NCBI RefSeq assembly: GCF_006345805.1
Contig: NC_043007.1
Coordinates: 65,658,001-65,722,000, forward strand
Length of the DNA: 64,000 bases
From: Octopus sinensis
Lineage: Eukaryota
Reading direction: 5' to 3'
Part shown: positions 28,927 to 43,026 of the stretch, piece by piece
Layout of the letters: each line of letters begins with the position of its first letter
Position numbering within the stretch: the stretch's first letter is position 1
Notes under the pieces: model-generated
What the model was told of the DNA's origin: nothing
Databases searched by the model: none
Seen by the model: only the letters and a program-made list of their open reading frames with translations
Position numbers and translations under genes: made by a program

Positions 28927-29231
28927 ATATAAATAGAACACTTAATCAAAACAAAACTAACGGCGGTGAAAACATTGAAATGCTACCTTTGATTAACTAG
29001 TCCTGAGATTTCGGTCTTTGAATAAGAGGCATTGTAAATTACGGGTCCAGTCTGTTAGCATATCGAATTCTTTTGTGTGGCAATCAGATTACGACGAGTT
29101 TTGAATTGTAGAATTTGGGGCCATGGGCATTATGTGGGTAATGATGAATTTGACAACATTTAAAAATTTTTGTTTTGCTGTAGCGAGAAATATATACATA
29201 TATATATCTATACATTTATATTATATATATG

Positions 29232-29318
<87 letters not shown>

Positions 29319-29401
29319 AATATATATACACACACATAAATATATATACACACACACATATATATATATAAATATAAATATATATATATATGTATGTATA
29401 T

Positions 29402-29439
<38 letters not shown>

Positions 29440-29507
29440 GTATATATATATATACATTTATATTTATATATATATATATATATATACATGTGCGAGTGTG
29501 CTATCTG

Positions 29508-29538
<31 letters not shown>

Positions 29539-29730
29539 ATCTATCTGTATATCTATATAACTTATATCTTTGTGTGCGCGCGCATGTACAAACGAAGGAA
29601 GAATTTTCCAATACATTGTGTATTTGTAGATGCAGAGTTGATTCAAATGTCCAATGCATAGAGTTTGATAGACGCTCAAACGCGTCTATTCATCTAGAGA
29701 TTCGCTATAAATAACGTTTTAGCCGCATAC

Positions 29731-29826
29731 AACAGGAATTGTGGGTCATTACTAGTCTTTGGTAAGCTTGGTTCCTATTGGTCAAGTCGCATGGAGTAAA
29801 TCCCTGTAAACTATTTCCTTGATAAA
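29731..29826 (-). CDS. Candidate internal exon D (96 nt, phase 1-1)
   Basis: Acceptor GGTGTTTTACAG, donor GTATGC; only the phase-1 frame is open: YQGNSLQGFTPCDLTNRNQAYQRLVMTHNSC. Confidence 0.4.
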
Positions 29827-29974
29827 CTGTAAAACACCATTATGATCTCAGGGTAGAAATCTAAGCAAGATTAAATTTCGTTACAAAATAAGCCTATTCC
29901 TTGTTATGCGGTCACGTGTCATCTTCTTCAGCTGCTCGGCTTCGTGCCTTCATATTGGTTTCTAGTTTTGACAT

Positions 29975-30380
29975 AAGGTCAGGAAATTCGGGGGAGGGGT
30001 AAGTGGATTACATCAACTCTAATGCTCAATTGATACGTATGTTATCGATCTCCAAAAGATGAAAGGCAAAATTGACCTCGGCGGTATTTGACCTCAAAAC
30101 GTAAAACAGACGAAATACTGCTAAGTATTTTGTACGGCGTACTACTGATTCTTATTTCTTTATTGCCCACAAGGGGCTAAACATAGAGGGGACAAACAAG
30201 GACAGATACAAAGGGATTAAATCGATTATATCGACCCCAGTGCGTAACTGGTACTTATTTATTCGACCCCGAAAGGATGAAAGGCAAAGTCGATCTCGGC
30301 GGAATTTGAACTCAGAACAAAACGGCAGACGAAATATGCATTTCGCCCGGCGTGCTAACGTTTTTGCCAGCTCGCCGTCT
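29975..30380 (-). mobile_element. Two tandem family B SINEs
   Basis: About 29975-30148 (older) and 30152-30380 (close to 1257-1478). Confidence 0.85.
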
Positions 30381-31089
30381 TGAAATTACGTAATATTAGC
30401 ACAAAAACGATGTTACAAGTTCAAATGAAGGAATATTAGTCACACGATCCGCTAAAAATAGCAGTCAAATATCCTTCAGCCCAAACTCTACTAGCTTAAA
30501 CAAGAAAAGGACACACTGCGGATTGCAGCTCTGAATACACAGTCTGAAAAAAGATTGCATGGTCACAATTGGAACGCTTTTGATTACGGCTCTACTGGAT
30601 TATGGTTGATCTGAATCTAAACAACGTAAATGGCGGTGGTGGGGAACAATGCCACAATGATTGAAATAAATTAAAATAAGCTAAAATAAATTTTTAAAAA
30701 TCGAACGAAGATTTTCTTTCCGCTCTAATTATTATTAACTGATGATTTAATTTAAAGAACCACAAAACTTGTCAAAATATTTAATTCAGCCGTGAGAAAT
30801 ATTTAAATTTAATTTTTCTTCCGGAAAACAAAATTTCTTGGTCATTTATTTTCTGTAATTTGTAATTCACCGGAACTTAAAATTAGCTGTCACTCGCAAG
30901 CGAGTATGACCTGGGAGCTTGTACCATGCTTTAGATCGTTGGTTCTCAACCACAGTCCATATGGCTCTTAGGGGCCCATATTAGATTTTTGCCATTTAAA
31001 ATTTGTCTGCAATAAGTTGGTTATGCTTCTACAATGTATAAAATATTTTAGCGATTATTTTTTTTGTACAATTCCTAATAATATTTAAT

Positions 31090-31510
31090 TATCCTTTCTA
31101 CTATAGGTACAAGGTCTGAAATTTTGGAGGAGGGGCTCAGTCGATTAGATCGACCCAAGTACACAACTGGTACTTAACTTATCGACCCTGAAATGATGAA
31201 AGACAACGTTGACCTCGGCGGAATTTGAACTCAGAACGTAGCGACAGGCAAAACCCGCTAAGCATTTCGCCAGGCGCGCTAACGATTCTGCCAACTCGCC
31301 GCCTTATAATCCTTTCTGTCATAGACACAAGGCATGGAATTTTGGGAGAGGGGATTAGTCGATTACATCGACCCCAATGTTTTATTGGTACTTAATTTAT
31401 CAACCCTGAAAGGATGAAAGGCAAAGTTGACCTCTGCGGAATTTGAACTCAGAACGTAGCAACAGGCGAAATACCGCTAAGCTAACGATTCTGTCAGCTA
31501 GTCGCCTTAT
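31090..31510 (-). mobile_element. Two tandem family B SINEs
   Basis: About 31090-31305 and 31308-31510. Confidence 0.85.
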
Positions 31511-31517
31511 AATGATA

Positions 31518-31907
31518 TCTCTCTCTATATAAAGCTGAAGTTGTGTCTTTGTATGGCAGATTTGGTAGCCTTCAACTAACACTATCTCCTTCGAGACCCT
31601 GCGGCGCAAGTTGACCAAAATTGAGAGTATGATAGAAGAAGGCCTGCTCTTTCTTCCGTAGAAGATAAAATTCAAATCAGACCATGTTAAGACCAAAAAT
31701 TTACATCAAATAGGTGCTTTTTTCTATGAAAATCCCTATTTCTTACGATTATTTGACTGCTGTGTCGCTATTTTTAGGGGTATTTCTACCAGAAAAATGT
31801 TCACTTAAAGAGAATAACAAGCTACATGATGCAAAACTTTTACTTCTCAAAAATTCCAATTCTAAAGGGTCGAAACAAACCCGAGCAACGCCGGGCGATA
31901 CTGTTAG
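31518..31907 (+). mobile_element. Non-autonomous Helitron-like element with a different interior
   Basis: A|TCTCTCTCTATATAAAGCTGAAGTTGTGT start; AAACCCGAGCAACGCCGGGCGATACTGTTAG|T end (CTAG mutated to TTAG); same termini as 16974-17370. Confidence 0.82.
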
Positions 31908-31974
31908 TTTAATTATAAAAATGTGATATGATTTTTTAAAACCTCGAATGGTTAGGAGGGTCCATCCGAATAGA

Positions 31975-32095
31975 ATAAGAATCGAATGGCGAGCAGCTTT
32001 CGCGGTCTTAGAACCTTGATTAAGAGCAAAAAGGAGGTGTCGAAAATGCTCGTTTTTCTTAACAAGACATTCCATTATAATGATCTGAAAATAAA
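31975..32095 (-). mobile_element. mariner transposase N-terminal fragment
   Basis: MECLVKKNEHFRHLLFALNQGSKTAKAAR resembles the mariner HTH start. Confidence 0.65.
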
Positions 32096-32224
32096 CAAAA
32101 ATTAACTAAAATTAACTAAAAAAAAAAACAAAAAACAAAATAGATTCCAAAATTTAAAAACGCAATAAATACCAAATTTAAAAAAGAAATGGCGAGAACT
32201 TAGTTGCCAGCCGAATAGAAACAT

Positions 32225-32467
32225 TTTAAAAAATTCCTGTTCTGTTTTTTACACATTAACATCTGTAGGTTGAATTATGTAAGATGTTAGAGAAAGAAAT
32301 CTAGCTGTTTCTTGCAATACATACCAATACATATATCTAAAACAAAATTTTTTCAGGGGTCGTTAAAATATTATTGTGGATTCCCAATTTACTATTTTGT
32401 TGCGTGGACCCCCAAATATCTTACATGGACCCTCTGGTGTCGTATGGACCCCGCTTGAGAATCACTG
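32225..32467 (+). mobile_element. hAT MITE right half
   Basis: Collinear with about 28700-28926; ends TTGAGAATCACTG. Confidence 0.75.
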
Positions 32468-32504
32468 ATCTAACCAACCGTGGATTCAATATAACTTTTA
32501 ATAT

Positions 32505-32730
32505 GAAGGCACGTGAAGGCAGCGAGCTGGCAGAATCGTTACCGCGTCGGGTAAAATGCTTAGCAGCATTTCATTTGTCTTTATGTTCTGAGTTCAAATG
32601 TCAACGAGGATGACATTGTCTTCTATCCTTTCGCAGTCGATAAAATAAGTACCAGTTGATCATTGGGGTTGATATAATCGACTTCCACCCTCCCCCAAAA
32701 TTTCTGCCTTTGTGCAAAAATTTGAAACCA
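32505..32730 (+). mobile_element. Family B SINE
   Basis: GGCAGCGAGCTGGCAGAATCG head through tail. Confidence 0.85.
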
Positions 32731-33096
32731 ATATGAAGGCACGAGGCCAAATAATTGGGGAAGGGATCAATTCTTCAATCGAACAGCGCATTGTTTCCTT
32801 GTATAGATTACCTGAGCACACAAAAGTAACCAATCAAAACTCTTGTACAGGAAAACAGTTGCTACCATCTGTATACTGTAAATATGGTGACCTTCCACTA
32901 AATGTTTATTTCTTTATTTTCATTGCACTATGCAGTACTGCACATAGATTCATCGTTGGATAGTTCCAGTACCCTATTAGGTTTATTTCCTTCTGCAAGA
33001 ATAGGTTGTGACTCTCACTGGAAAAATGGCCTAAGTGAATGATCTCTCACGACCTTTTTTACGGCACTATGAGGACAACCGTGGAAGAGAGTGAGA

Positions 33097-33520
33097 AATA
33101 GGAGTGGCTGTGTGGTAAGTAGCTTCTTTCAAACCACATGGTTCTGGGCCAAGTCCCGCTGTGTGGCTCATTGGGCGAGTGTCTTCTACTATAACCTTGG
33201 GCTGACCAAGGCCTTGTGAGTGGATTTGGTAGATGGTAGTTGAAAGAAGCCTGTCGTATATATATATATGTGTGTGTGTTGTGTGTTTGTGTGTGTGTGC
33301 GCGTGTGAGTGTGTGTGCATGTATGTTTGTGTGTGTCTATCACCCCCACCATCGCTTGATGACCGATGCTGGTGTGGTTACGTCCCCGTAACTTAGCGAT
33401 TCGGCAATAGAGACCTATAGAATAAGTACCAAGCTTACAAAGAATAAGTCCTGGGGTCGATTTGTTCGAATAAAGGCGGTGCTCCAGTATGACCGCAGTC
33501 AAATGATTAAAGCAAATAAA
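33097..33520 (+). mobile_element. Family A SINE, full length
   Basis: Head, TA/TG core and tail present. Confidence 0.88.
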
Positions 33521-34209
33521 AGGAGAAAAGAAAAAGAAAAGAATATATATATATATTATTTACATTATATATATATATATATATATATATAACCAAAATT
33601 AGGGAATAGAGTAGATAAAATCCAGGCTAGAAATGTTTCATAGGTAGCAGAACCTTGGAAGTAGTAAATTATCCAAATGAGTACTTTTTAAAATACCATC
33701 GATGGTGGCTGCGAATACAAGCCGTACAGACACATTGATAAAATATATAATACACACACACACACACCACACACACACACACCACACACACACACACACA
33801 AGGGTTCTACATGGCAGATTTACTTGAGAAGAATCAGGCATCGTTTGGCGCTAAATTCGAAATCATGATATCAAATTAACCAGCATTCCTCTTGCAGAGT
33901 TGGCGGGGGTAGGACGGTAATCTTGCTGCTACTGCTGGTGGTGATCAATAAAGTCATGAGAATCATCTTGTTAATGATACTGCTTAATAGTGTTGCTGAT
34001 TATTATTTACCCCTGGTTAATCAGCACCAAACTGACCTATGATCAAAGACTCACAAAATTAATACCTATCAGCCCTGTATTAATTTTGTGAGTCTTCCGT
34101 GGCTTAGAAGTATTTTGACTTCTATATTTAGCGATGCAGGTGCTCATGTAGTACACTTCTACATATGTGTATGTGTGTGTGTGTGTGTGTGTGTGTTTGT
34201 GTATGTGTT

Positions 34210-34252
<43 letters not shown>

Positions 34253-34474
34253 GTACATATATACATACATGCATACACACATATCGTTGCTATTTCCAAA
34301 ACATTGCTTTTCCAGAAAATGAAAAAATAGTTTCACCGTTCTATTTCTTTTTACATTAGCAACAGTTTCAGCTTAAAAATAATACTTTGTTGGGTGCATG
34401 AAATCTTAACTCCATGCATGTCTGATATTTTCAATGAGAAATATTTTTGCAAATCTGTCGTATGTGGGACTTAC

Positions 34475-34534
34475 TACACTTTTGAAAAATGTTAAACCGT
34501 TGTACTACACTTTGATAATTTTCACCTGAAGCAG
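34475..34534 (-). CDS. Candidate internal exon C (60 nt, phase 1-1)
   Basis: Acceptor TCTCCCTTCAG, consensus donor GTAAGT; only the phase-1 frame is open: ASGENYQSVVQRFNIFQKC. Confidence 0.42.
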
Positions 34535-34989
34535 CTGAAGGGAGATACGATAGTTTGACATAAAGAATAGGCTACATTGAAAAAAAAAATGCATTTGGCC
34601 AAATTTAGACATACGACAGTTTAACATGAAACAATATATATATTGTTACAATTGGGTATGGTCATATTTAGAAAGATCAATCATAAATATCAGGCAGTGG
34701 CAACGGAAAGGTCTGCTTCAAGGCAGACAGCAAAACGCTAACATTTAAAAGGGACAGACGAACTTGCGAGCTGAATAAAAATAATAAAATATTGGAAACC
34801 AAAGTTTGAAGGGATAGAATCTGAGGATAGTAGAGTCACCATGGCTGGCATTTCTTAACGACGGACAGCAACATATTGACATGTGGTTAATTTTTGCCAA
34901 TTAACCACATGCCCTATATACTTGGTCTTCAAGTATACAGCCACCTCCTTGAGTACTAATCCCCAAACAGTTGAGAGTGTTTTGTCTTG

Positions 34990-35215
34990 TGAGTTACTTG
35001 GTGACTTCACTAGTGCTGATGCCAAGTAAAAAGCACCTAGAACATTCTGTATCGTGGCTGGCATTCAGCCGTAGAAACCATGTCTATAACGTGAAGGGCA
35101 TCCAGCCGTAGAAACAATGTCAAGGCAGACACTGGGTTTGGTTTGGTCCTCCTCGTTCGCTAGCTCCCGTTGAACAATCCAATCTATATCAATGTGGAAA
35201 CAGACGTTATTTAAT
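34990..35215 (+). mobile_element. Degenerate SINE-like repeat with (GAT)n tail
   Basis: GAAGGGCATCCAGCCGTAGAAAC motif (partly duplicated) and ending CAGACGTTATTTAATGATGAT; an RTE-type tail is recalled, not verified. Confidence 0.55.
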
Positions 35216-35679
35216 GATGATCATGATGATTATTATTATGATGATGGTGATGACGGTAATGCTTATGATCATGATGATAATAGTAATATTGATGCTGTTG
35301 CTGGTTGCGTCTCCTGCTGCCACTGCCGCTGCGGCTGCTGCTGCTGGTGATCAATAAAGTCATCAGGATCATCTTGTTAATGATGCTGCGTCTTGCTGGT
35401 TATTATTTAGCCCTGGTCAGTCTGTACCAAACTGACCTATGATCAAAGAAATTTCATCAATGAGCATCTCGTTGCATTTTATCTCGTTTGTGGAGACGGA
35501 AGACCGTGACTTGAAGATTTCGTTGCCATTTCTATTTGTCCAGTGACTATGTAGAATTATTCATGTTGATTGTATGATGTTGATTGGTTAATGGTAGCTG
35601 ATAGTGGACTGGAGAGCAGTGGCTGGTGGTTGCGATAGTATGTTAGTGGATGGCCGTGAAGGCATTGCTGATGATACTG

Positions 35680-36023
35680 GTGATGGTGATGGTGGTAGTG
35701 GTGGTGGTGGTGGTGGTAGTGGTGGTCATTGTCATCGTGATGTTAAGGATAATGATGATGGTAATGACGATGATGATGGTTGTGATGATGATGACGAACA
35801 TGACGACAACAACAACAACGACGACGACGACGACGACGATGATGATGATGACGACGATGCTGAAGATGACAATGATGACGAGGATTATGATGATGATGAT
35901 CATGATGTTGATGAAAATGATGATAATGATGATGGTCATAATGACGATGATGAAAGTGATGATGGTGATGATGATGATGATGACGATAATGATGCTGGTG
36001 ATGATGATGAAGATGATGGTGAA

Positions 36024-36085
<62 letters not shown>

Positions 36086-36230
36086 GCATGATGGTGATAA
36101 TGATGGCGAGCATTAGGAAAACCACAATGAAAACAGGATTGTGATACTGACTTCTATTTCTGCCCCTCTTCTTCCTCCACTTCCTCTTCCTCCTCCTCCT
36201 CCTCCTCCTCCTTCTCCTCCTCTTCCTCAT
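35680..36230. repeat. (GGT/GAT/GAC/CAA/CCT)n array
   Basis: Direct reading. Confidence 0.95.
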
Positions 36231-36920
36231 CAATTTGGTCATCGTCTATTAATTTTTAAACTGACGATTTAATACATCGGTTCATTTAACTAAACATGTT
36301 TTAAGAAACTGCTCACTAACGCTTGTGTATGTATGCTTGTGTGCTTCTATAAAAGTATGCGTGAGTATATGTGTATGTGTGTGTGTGTGTGTGTGTGTAT
36401 ATAATCATATATATATACGTGACTGCATATGAGTGAGTGTATGTGTGCCTTGTATGTATGTGCGTTTATATGTGTGCATGTTATGTTATTTAAGTGTATT
36501 TGTGGATACATATATATGTAGAAGCGAAGGCTCATGTGAATGGGTATGAGACTGCGCATGCGCGGCGCAACTGAGAATAATTGCCATCACTAAAGATATG
36601 TCGTTATAAAACATTTCGGCTTCCCTTCAATTATTTTTCATCATCTGAAAAATAAAAACGGAAGAAATGAATTATAAGAAGAAAAAATTATTTTGAAAAG
36701 AAAAAAAAATTACAAGATGACAAAAGAAAACGAAATTAAATATAAAATACAAATGGGGAAAGGAAATAACTATGAAAGTGAATAACCAAAATTAATATAA
36801 ATAAATATATCAAAATACGAAGAGTGAAGAAAATGAGAGAGAGAGAGAGAGAGATATGGGAGGGAAGATGTAGAGAGACAGAGAGAGTGTATGCGGGAGA
36901 AATAGATAGCCAAACAGAAG

Positions 36921-36965
<45 letters not shown>

Positions 36966-36982
36966 CAAAGGAAGAAAGAGTA

Positions 36983-37013
<31 letters not shown>

Positions 37014-38201
37014 TAGACAGACAAATAGAGACAGAGACAGACAGACAGACACAGAGAGAAATTGAGTTAAAGGGCGTAAGAGAAAAAAAAAATGGTGGGA
37101 CAGAACAAGACAGATTGAAATCCCAACAAAAATTCTAGAAATCTCTTGAGTCTCCAACATCAAAGTTCCGGTCACGTATTCCATTTTTTGAATATATATT
37201 TTTTTATTTTTCGATCCCTATTTCTTTCGATATGATAAATTATTATTATTATTATTATTTATTATTATTATTATTATTATTATATTATTATTATTATTAT
37301 TATTGTTATTATTATTATTATTTTGAATGAACAAAGGAATTTTATTTCGGAATTTTCTTTATCTTCTATATTTTTTCCGTTTTCCTCCTTTTTTTCTATA
37401 TAGTTTAAAATTAAATCTATTTATTATAAGAAGTCTCCTTCCCATCTTTCCCAAAATCTCACAGTAAAATAAAGAATACAAATATTAAATAAACATATAC
37501 ATATATATATGTACATACATATAAAAAAATTTGGTAAATAAAAAGTATCAAAATGAGAGGAAATAAACGAGAGAAAAATATTGTTTAAACATAAAATGAA
37601 AGCACAAGAAGCAAAATAAGACATGAAAATAAGAGGTAGAAAGCAGAAAAAATAATGATAAATATGTAAATATAAGAAAAAAGACCGAAATAATTTACTC
37701 TCTAACACATACACATATGCACATATAAATACACACACAAACATATATATAAATATACATGTGCGTGTGTGTCTGTGTGTATGCATGCATGTTTGTATAC
37801 ATATATTCATACATATATGCATACATTCATACAAACACATATATATATATTAAGGCGTGTGTGTGTGAGCGAATGTGTGCGTGTGTGTGTAAAACGTGAT
37901 AAAATAGATAAGTAAATGGTAAGAATTGTATATAAAATTTAGCAAAATAAGAAAAAAGTGTGAACGAAATAAAGAATGAGAAAATAACAAATAATGAACG
38001 AAATATATGACGTAAATATTAGAATAATTTAATGGTAAAAATGGAATATACACTAATGTGTGTGTATGTGTGTGTGCGAGTGTTTGTGTGTATGTAAGTG
38101 TGTATGTATATATATATATATAATGAAGTTCTTTATCATACACACATACATGCACACATATATACACATACACACTCATATATTTATGCACATATATGTG
38201 C

Positions 38202-38290
<89 letters not shown>

Positions 38291-38934
38291 CATGTATACA
38301 CACACACTCTCTCTCACACACACACACATACACATATACATATATTGAAGAATTTACAAAGTAATGATGAAAATGTGGTGAAGTAGAGTGAATGAATGAA
38401 AACAGAAATAGATATGAAAGAAAAATAAGAGGTGTAAAATCATTCTGAATGATAACGAGAAATCTGGAAAGGATGAAGAGTGAGGGAGGGAAGGAAGGAA
38501 GAAAAAGAAAAAACTCAGAATGAAATAGAACGAGAAACAGAAGGTAACTTATATGAAAAAACAAAGCATATGTGGAAATATGAAACGAGCAAAACTACGA
38601 TAAAAAAATAAAGAAAGAAAAGAAGAAGAAATGCAATAGAGAAAGTGTGGAATGAAAGTCGGAATGGGAGAAATGAAGGCAAAATATATAAGAATGAGAA
38701 AGCATGAAATGAACGAGAACCTGAATAGAGAAAGACTGAAAAAGATAGATAAATGAATAAAATATCACAAGAGCAACAGAAGACGAAGAATAAATATAAG
38801 GGAAAAGACGAATTGACAAAATAGTAATACTGTCTTTATTGGCCACAAGGACCGCAAAAAATCACATTCAGAACATTTCAAAAACAAAAGATAAAGGGAA
38901 TTTTCTTTTTCCTTTTTTTCTTTTTTTTCTATTT

Positions 38935-39131
38935 ACTTCTTTCAGTCATTTGCCTACGGCCATACTGGAGCAGCGTCTTTAGTCGAGCAAATCGACCCCA
39001 GGACTTATTCTTTGTACTTATTCTATCGGTCTCTATTGTCGAACCGCTAAGTTACGGGGATGTAAACACCAAAATCGGCTGTCAAGTGATGGTGGGGTGA
39101 CAAACACAGACACGCAAACACATACAGACAT

Positions 39132-39177
<46 letters not shown>

Positions 39178-39330
39178 GACAGGTTTCTTTCAGTTTCCGT
39201 CTACCAAGTCCATTTCGCAAGGCTTTGGTCGGCCGGAGACTATAGTAGAAGACACTTGCCCAATGTGCCACGCAGTGGAACTGAGACCGGAACCATGTGG
39301 TCTCGAAGCAAGTTTCTTACCGCATAGCCA
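38935..39330 (-). mobile_element. Family A SINE, full length
   Basis: Tail, core and head in reverse complement. Confidence 0.88.
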
Positions 39331-39339
39331 ATATACATG

Positions 39340-40060
39340 TAAACAATAAAAGCAGGGATATTTCATAAAAAAGTTTGCCAATAGGGAGTACTGCCTCGTA
39401 GAGATAACTAAGCAAACCCATAGTTCCTGAATCAAATTGGTCGCCAAGAACATCACGAGGAATCCCTTCCCATGCATTCTTTCCATCCTACAGGTGAAAG
39501 CTTGAAGTAGTCCCACTCATTCGAGACGCACTCATCACACCCACTCACCATTCAAGAAAGTCATTGGTTTAAAGGGCTATTGCACCTCTCTCTCAGCTCT
39601 CAGTTTCTTTTGCAAATAGAACGTAAAAAGTCAATGGCCGCCTGTCTCTTGTCCCTTCAGTCTCATCCATGATGCAACCTCTTTCATCATAGCCACCAGA
39701 CAAAGGAGAATTGCCTGTCCTTCTCGATCAAAGGAAAGTGGTGGGCTGATCTTAATGCAGTCGTTCAATATCTAAATTCGTCCTACATGCGATAGCACTT
39801 GTTCGACAAGTCAGCAATACTCAAGCATTGTACAAACGTGAACAGAATAGTTTCGTAGCTCCGCGCTCATCTCTAGCAAGCACAATCGACACAACAATGC
39901 TTGGAAAATTTATCCCGTAACGGCACAGCTTCCTTTTAGCATTGCCAGGTCAGGGATTTATGTATCAAAAATATTCTGTAACAGGTTATCCAGTTGATTT
40001 TCGACAGCGCCCATGTTCTCCGGGTTGACCAAGGATAAACAATAGCCACCTTTATTAAGG
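39340..40060 (-). mobile_element. L1/Tx1-like LINE 3' fragment
   Basis: WQC*KEAVPLRDKFSKH...ETILFTFVQC.SIADL parallels the C-terminal region of 13480-14880. Confidence 0.65.
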
Positions 40061-40184
40061 TGGCTATTGTTTAAACATTATTAAGCAACATCATTAACAA
40101 GATGATCCTGATGATTTTATTGTTCATCATCGTCATCATCACCACCACCACCACCACCACCCCACCACCACCACCACCACCACC

Positions 40185-40215
<31 letters not shown>

Positions 40216-40595
40216 CCACCATCATCATCACCACCACCACCACCACATCATCATAATCATCACCACCACCACCACCATCATCACCACCACCACCACCACC
40301 ACCACCACCACCACCACCACCATCATCATCATCATATTCAGCAGTTGCAGCAGCAGCTGCAACAACAGCAGTAGTCACAGCAGTAGCAGCAGCTGCAACA
40401 ACAACAGCAGCAACGGCAGCAGCAACATCAGGAAACGTCACCAGAAACATCAAAATCATTATGATCATCATAATCATAACCACTACTGTCATCGCCATCG
40501 TCATCATTAATATCATCTTCCCAATTAGCTTCGTCGTCGTCGTTGTCATCATCTTCGTTGCTATCACTATTATTATTATTATTATTATTATTAAG

Positions 40596-40981
40596 TGAGA
40601 GAGCAGTGCATGCCATCAAAGTGACACTGGGGTAAAATATACGAAGCCCAGTATACCCATCATGACTACCCGTCTGATAAGGGTACACCAGGCACATGCA
40701 TCACAACCATATGTGCGCGACATGGTGATCTCATATCAAGATAAACAGCACATAACCTTGCAGGTGGGGCCCAGTTAGAATTTTCTTCAGGTTGCGTAGC
40801 CCATCCCGCTCAAACGGTCCCTGAATAAGGGTTGTTAAAGGATGTTGAAAGAACCACCCATGTTTCCAGAGGTGAATTATTCAAACCCCAAAGAATCCCC
40901 CTCAACACATGGCTATGATGCTCCCCCACTACTTCTGCTCGTGATCAGAGATGCACATATCGTCAGCCACTAAGGGGGATG

Positions 40982-40984
<3 letters not shown>
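40596..40984 (-). mobile_element. Family T element
   Basis: Reverse complement of the 3' 390 bp of 5930-6482; (TTA)n on both sides. Confidence 0.88.
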
Positions 40985-41050
<66 letters not shown>

Positions 41051-41236
41051 TAAAATTCAACTTACGTTGAAAGTCAACAAACATAGTTGAGATGTATTGA
41101 AACATACAGATAAGGAAATAATTTTATTCTCAAACGCAGGATGGTGCTAATAATATAGCATGAACAGGATAAACTATCCATATTTTGCAGAAAAATATGG
41201 GTAGTTTATCCTGTTCTTGCTATATTATTATTACTA

Positions 41237-41399
<163 letters not shown>

Positions 41400-42880
41400 G
41401 TTTTATGTTTGACTTTTGCTTTACATTTGTACAAGTTGGTTCCGAGTCTCACCCAGCGACCTCAACAAGTTGGAAGTTAATGTTGGTGTTATGGTTAGGG
41501 TGCCATATATTTGGTTTTATACATAGTGTTGTTCTGGAGAATGTTTAAGAAACTGTAAGAAAATTATGTGTTTATTTTAAAAATTGAGATTACATAGAAA
41601 GTATTTTGCGTAGGATATGGGCAGTTCCCATGAGTACTATCTTTTGAATTTTTGCCATTTTGGGATTTCCTGGTATCTGAGCTAGGTAGCAATCAGCCCC
41701 TTTTGCTATCATTCCCAGAGCACCTAAGACAACAGGTATTGTTTTAGTCTTCAGCTTCCACATTTTGCTAATTTCTATTTCAAGATATTTATACTTGCTC
41801 AGTTTTTGGTAGGTCCAGACAGATACGTTTATATCGATTGGGAAAGTCATATCAATGAGGAGGCATGATTTCTGTCTGAAGTCTTTCACTATGATGTCTA
41901 GCCTATTTGCATCTATCTTTCTGTCAGTTTGAATAGTGAAGTTCCAGAGGAGTGAGATGTGATCATTTTCAAGTACTGGAGGTGGTTTGTGTTCCCAGCA
42001 GTTTTTATCATGTGGCAAGTCCAGGTTTTTGCAAATTACCCAGTGAATATATTGTGCAGCTCTATCATGCTTGTTGAGATACTCTGTAGGCACAAGAAGA
42101 CTTCACTTGGAGACATGATCAATAGTTTCATTTTGTTGTTGACATACACGACATGTTGGTAAGGTTCCGTTCTTTAATATGTTGGCCTGGTAGTTCCTTG
42201 TAGGTAGGCATTGATCTTGGGCTGCTGTGATAAATCCTTCTGGTTCAGATTTTAAGTCAGAAGCCATTAGCCATTGATGGGTAAGGGCTTTGTCAACATC
42301 AGCATTATTTATTTGTCAGAATATCTAAGGTAGCAGTTTTAGCACGGGCTTTCATGCACTTAGCTTTTTCTGCGCTTGTTTCTCGTATGCGTAACTCCGG
42401 AATTTGTTGTATTCGGAATTCACTTAGATATTCCTTTGCCTGTTTTGTTACTGAGTATGGTGCTTTCTTGTTTTCATGTTTTGAGACAAGTTTTTACATC
42501 CAGTCCTCAGAGTTTTTCAGGTAGGTGACTAGGCCAATTGTGGCAATCTTCATTGTTAATGCCAGTTGTAAAAGCCCACAGCCACCCTCTTTTCTTAGCA
42601 GATAAAGTCGTTCTATATCTGCCTTAGGGTGGTGCATTTTATGCATTGTCAACAGGTTTCGTATTTTTCTGTCAAGATTACATATTTCAGTAATTGACTA
42701 GTTAATGATATTGAAACTGTAAGTCACGACTGGTATGGCTAAAGCATTGATCGCTTCGATCCTGTTTCTCGCATTCAGCTCTGTCTTGAGTATTGCACTT
42801 ACCCTGCAATAACATTCTCTCCTGATATTTTTCCTCATCACTGAATGCCTGATTCCGTCCCCTTCAAGTACCCTTAGGTA
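41400..42880 (-). mobile_element. R4/Dong-like element, about 1.5 kb (end of RT to RLE and 3' UTR)
   Basis: VLEGDGI...INALAIPVVTYSF...RLYLLRKEGGCGL...HDRAAQYIHW...DIIVKD...LLIDMT...IPVVLGALG...GTAHILRKILSM*; tail runs into (TAA)n, 5' end abuts (AAG)n/(TAA)n. Confidence 0.92.
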
Positions 42881-42939
42881 TTCTTCTTCTTCTTCTTCTT
42901 CTTCTTCTTCTTCTTCTTCTTCTTCTTCTTCTTCTTCTT

Positions 42940-43025
<86 letters not shown>

Positions 43026-43026
<1 letters not shown>

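Noticed and set aside
29785-29826. Kinase-like IVYRDL in another frame of exon D
   Set aside because: A stop follows five codons later and no other kinase motifs are present.
30937-32467. A single hAT element split by SINEs, a Helitron and mariner
   Set aside because: Flanks CTTTAGAT and ATCTAACC are not a direct TSD; both ends resemble the same terminus type, so two separate fragments are more likely.
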